Shown here: positions 62,523 through 64,000 of the stretch, piece after piece
Numbering within the stretch: position 1 is the first letter of the stretch
Layout: each line of letters opens with the position of its first letter
Source of the DNA: Gammaproteobacteria bacterium
Lineage (GTDB): Bacteria > Pseudomonadota > Gammaproteobacteria > Eutrophobiales > Eutrophobiaceae
Length of the DNA: 64,000 bases
Reading direction: 5' to 3'
Assembly (NCBI GenBank): GCA_965202915.1
Contig: OZ241847.1
Location: 2,194,242-2,258,241 of the forward strand
Notes under the pieces: model-generated
Database searches by the model: none
Told to the model about the DNA's origin: nothing
What the model saw: only the letters and a program-made list of their open reading frames with translations
Program-made: the position numbers and the translations under genes

Positions 62523-62872
62523 ACATGCTGCCTCCTCCTGATCACGTTTTATATCCGGTACATCAATCGCCCGGCGGGTGAATCCAAACCCGCCTAGAAA
62601 TCGATACAGCGCCCGCGCCGTTCCCAATCACCGTAGCGCGTCGGCTCCGGCCCCTGCGGACCTCCGATTTCACCGCCGGCGTTTTTTTTCACGTCCATAA
62701 CCGGCTCAGGTTGAATATCGTCCGGTTTTTTAGCATCATTGGTTTTTGCCTGCATTCGTAAATTATATCCCAGGCCGCCAAAAAAAACAGCACTTTTGTA
62801 CGTCGGAATACCGGCGAAAGTCCGGCCGCAATTAAAAACCACCAGAATAACAAGGAGACAGCATAAACCGGG

Positions 62873-63352
62873 ATGAGCAGAGAGAACCCTTTCCTATTGC
62901 CGCTATCGATTCCGGTGGCGGTATCGCCCAGGCTGATCAGGCTGCTGTACGCGGTGGCACTGGGGGCCGGCCTGGCAATATGGATCAGTGCCGCCACAGT
63001 GATAATAAAATCCGCGGCGTCACTATTATTATTGCTTTATATCGCGCTCCTGCGGCGCCGGCTCCAATCCAACCGGGCGCACGATCCCAGACAAATAACG
63101 CTACTCCATGATAACAGTTGGCGGATCATTACCCATGCCGGCGAGACCCTGCCGGCAACACAGGGCCGGGCGATCTTTATTCATCGCGATCTGATCGTGC
63201 TGCCTCTGCACTACAATCGGCGCAAAAAGATCCTGCTGTTGACGCCTGACAGCCTCGACAATACACTCCTGCGGCGCTTGCGGGTGCGCCTGCAATACCT
63301 CAGCGACCAGCCACCGCTCAGCACCAAAAATGTTTTATCTTCCAGGCAATAA
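62873..63352 (+). CDS. YgfX/CptA-like inner-membrane protein (DUF1434)
   Basis: Two N-terminal TM segments, then RRRLQSNRAHDPRQITLLHDNSWRI...ILLLTPDSLDNTLLRRLRVRL, which parallels E. coli YgfX (SQRRINARQGEIRLLMDGRLRW...LWLAADSMDEAEWRDLRRIL). Confidence 0.45.
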   Translation: MSRENPFLLPLSIPVAVSPRLIRLLYAVALGAGLAIWISAATVIIKSAASLLLLLYIALLRRRLQSNRAHDPRQITLLHDNSWRIITHAGETLPATQGRAIFIHRDLIVLPLHYNRRKKILLLTPDSLDNTLLRRLRVRLQYLSDQPPLSTKNVLSSRQ

Positions 63353-63983
63353 ACAACTTGCTCAGCGGACTCAGCGCATGCCGTTGCCGCAGGAATGAAT
63401 CGCAATGACGGATATCGACCCCGCACTGACGCGCCAGTAAACGGCACAGGATCAATGCATGCAACTGTTGCCGGCGGTCGGTCGCCGGCATCCGCTCATA
63501 GAGCCGCTGCAAATACCGCCGCAATTCCGTAAATAATGGAATAAAGACCGCCCGCAGCTCAGCCGCTTCCTGATTCAAACAGGCCGGAATAGAGGCCCGA
63601 CTTAAATAGCCGCCGGGGATAAAAATACGATCCTGCCGCAAATGAAAAGCGGTTTGCCCAAGCAGGCCGAACAACGCATTGACGGCCGCGGTTTTTGCCA
63701 AAACCTCCAGCGTATCGGGATCCGAACAGCCGCCTATCTCGGCACTCAGCCGCCAGATTGTACCGGGGCCGTTCATCAAAACCCGGATACAGGCATCCAA
63801 CGATTCAGGCTGCTCAATGCAGATCAAAGAATCGGCATGAGCGATGGGCCCGATCAGCCTGGCCCGGTCTATTGTGTGCACCGCAATGATCTCCGCCAAC
63901 GCACGGCTGATCGGATGCCCGGCCCTGTGCCGGTAAAGCCGGTCGATCTCCTCACTCCACCACAGTAACTTCAACCTGGCCAC
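63318..63983 (-). CDS. Squalene/phytoene synthase-family protein (NDUFAF6-like), probably GTG-initiated
   Basis: DRIFIPGGYL resembles the phytoene-synthase RxYLPxEEL block, with an alpha-helical isoprenoid-synthase-like composition. Low confidence. Confidence 0.4.
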   Translation of the reverse strand: MARLKLLWWSEEIDRLYRHRAGHPISRALAEIIAVHTIDRARLIGPIAHADSLICIEQPESLDACIRVLMNGPGTIWRLSAEIGGCSDPDTLEVLAKTAAVNALFGLLGQTAFHLRQDRIFIPGGYLSRASIPACLNQEAAELRAVFIPLFTELRRYLQRLYERMPATDRRQQLHALILCRLLARQCGVDIRHCDSFLRQRHALSPLSKLFIAWKIKHFWC

Positions 63984-64000
63984 GCCCGGATCCTGGCAGG

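Noticed and set aside
1-64000. CRISPR arrays, rRNA genes, intact IS elements and prophage integrases
   Set aside because: No regularly spaced direct repeats, no rRNA-like conserved stretches, no complete transposase or integrase ORFs were found. Only the transposase tail fragment at 15976-16266 is present.

Overview
This 64 kb window looks like a gammaproteobacterial chromosome segment. A compositionally mosaic accessory region occupies about 1-17.4 kb, and a largely syntenic housekeeping backbone occupies about 17.4-64 kb. The backbone carries znuACB, an initiator tRNA-fMet, ssb/uvrA, rimP-nusA-infB-rbfA-truB, rpsF-rpsR-rplI, dnaB-alr-radA, maeB, dsbB, ygfZ-sdhE and sdhCDAB. The accessory region has two parts. 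The first part contains two paralogous high-GC TMTC/PMT_2-like GT-C glycosyltransferases fused to TPR repeats. One of these is translationally coupled to a GT22 (PigB/Alg9-like) mannosyltransferase, and a frameshifted DUF2723/TMEM260-like remnant lies further downstream. The second part is a low-GC, translationally coupled four-gene island lying exactly between the two paralogs. It encodes a Vsr endonuclease, a Dcm-type C5-cytosine methyltransferase and two different GHKL (HATPase_c_3-type) ATPase proteins, with no recognisable restriction endonuclease. This island is the best candidate for an undescribed methylation-linked defence system. Other notable features are a DUF1302-DUF1329-BNR/Ycf48-like-RND exporter cluster, a FetP/P19-like iron-uptake pair with a Fur-box-like palindrome, an IS transposase remnant next to a low-GC SGNH hydrolase gene, and several pseudogene fragments. 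No CRISPR array and no rRNA were seen.
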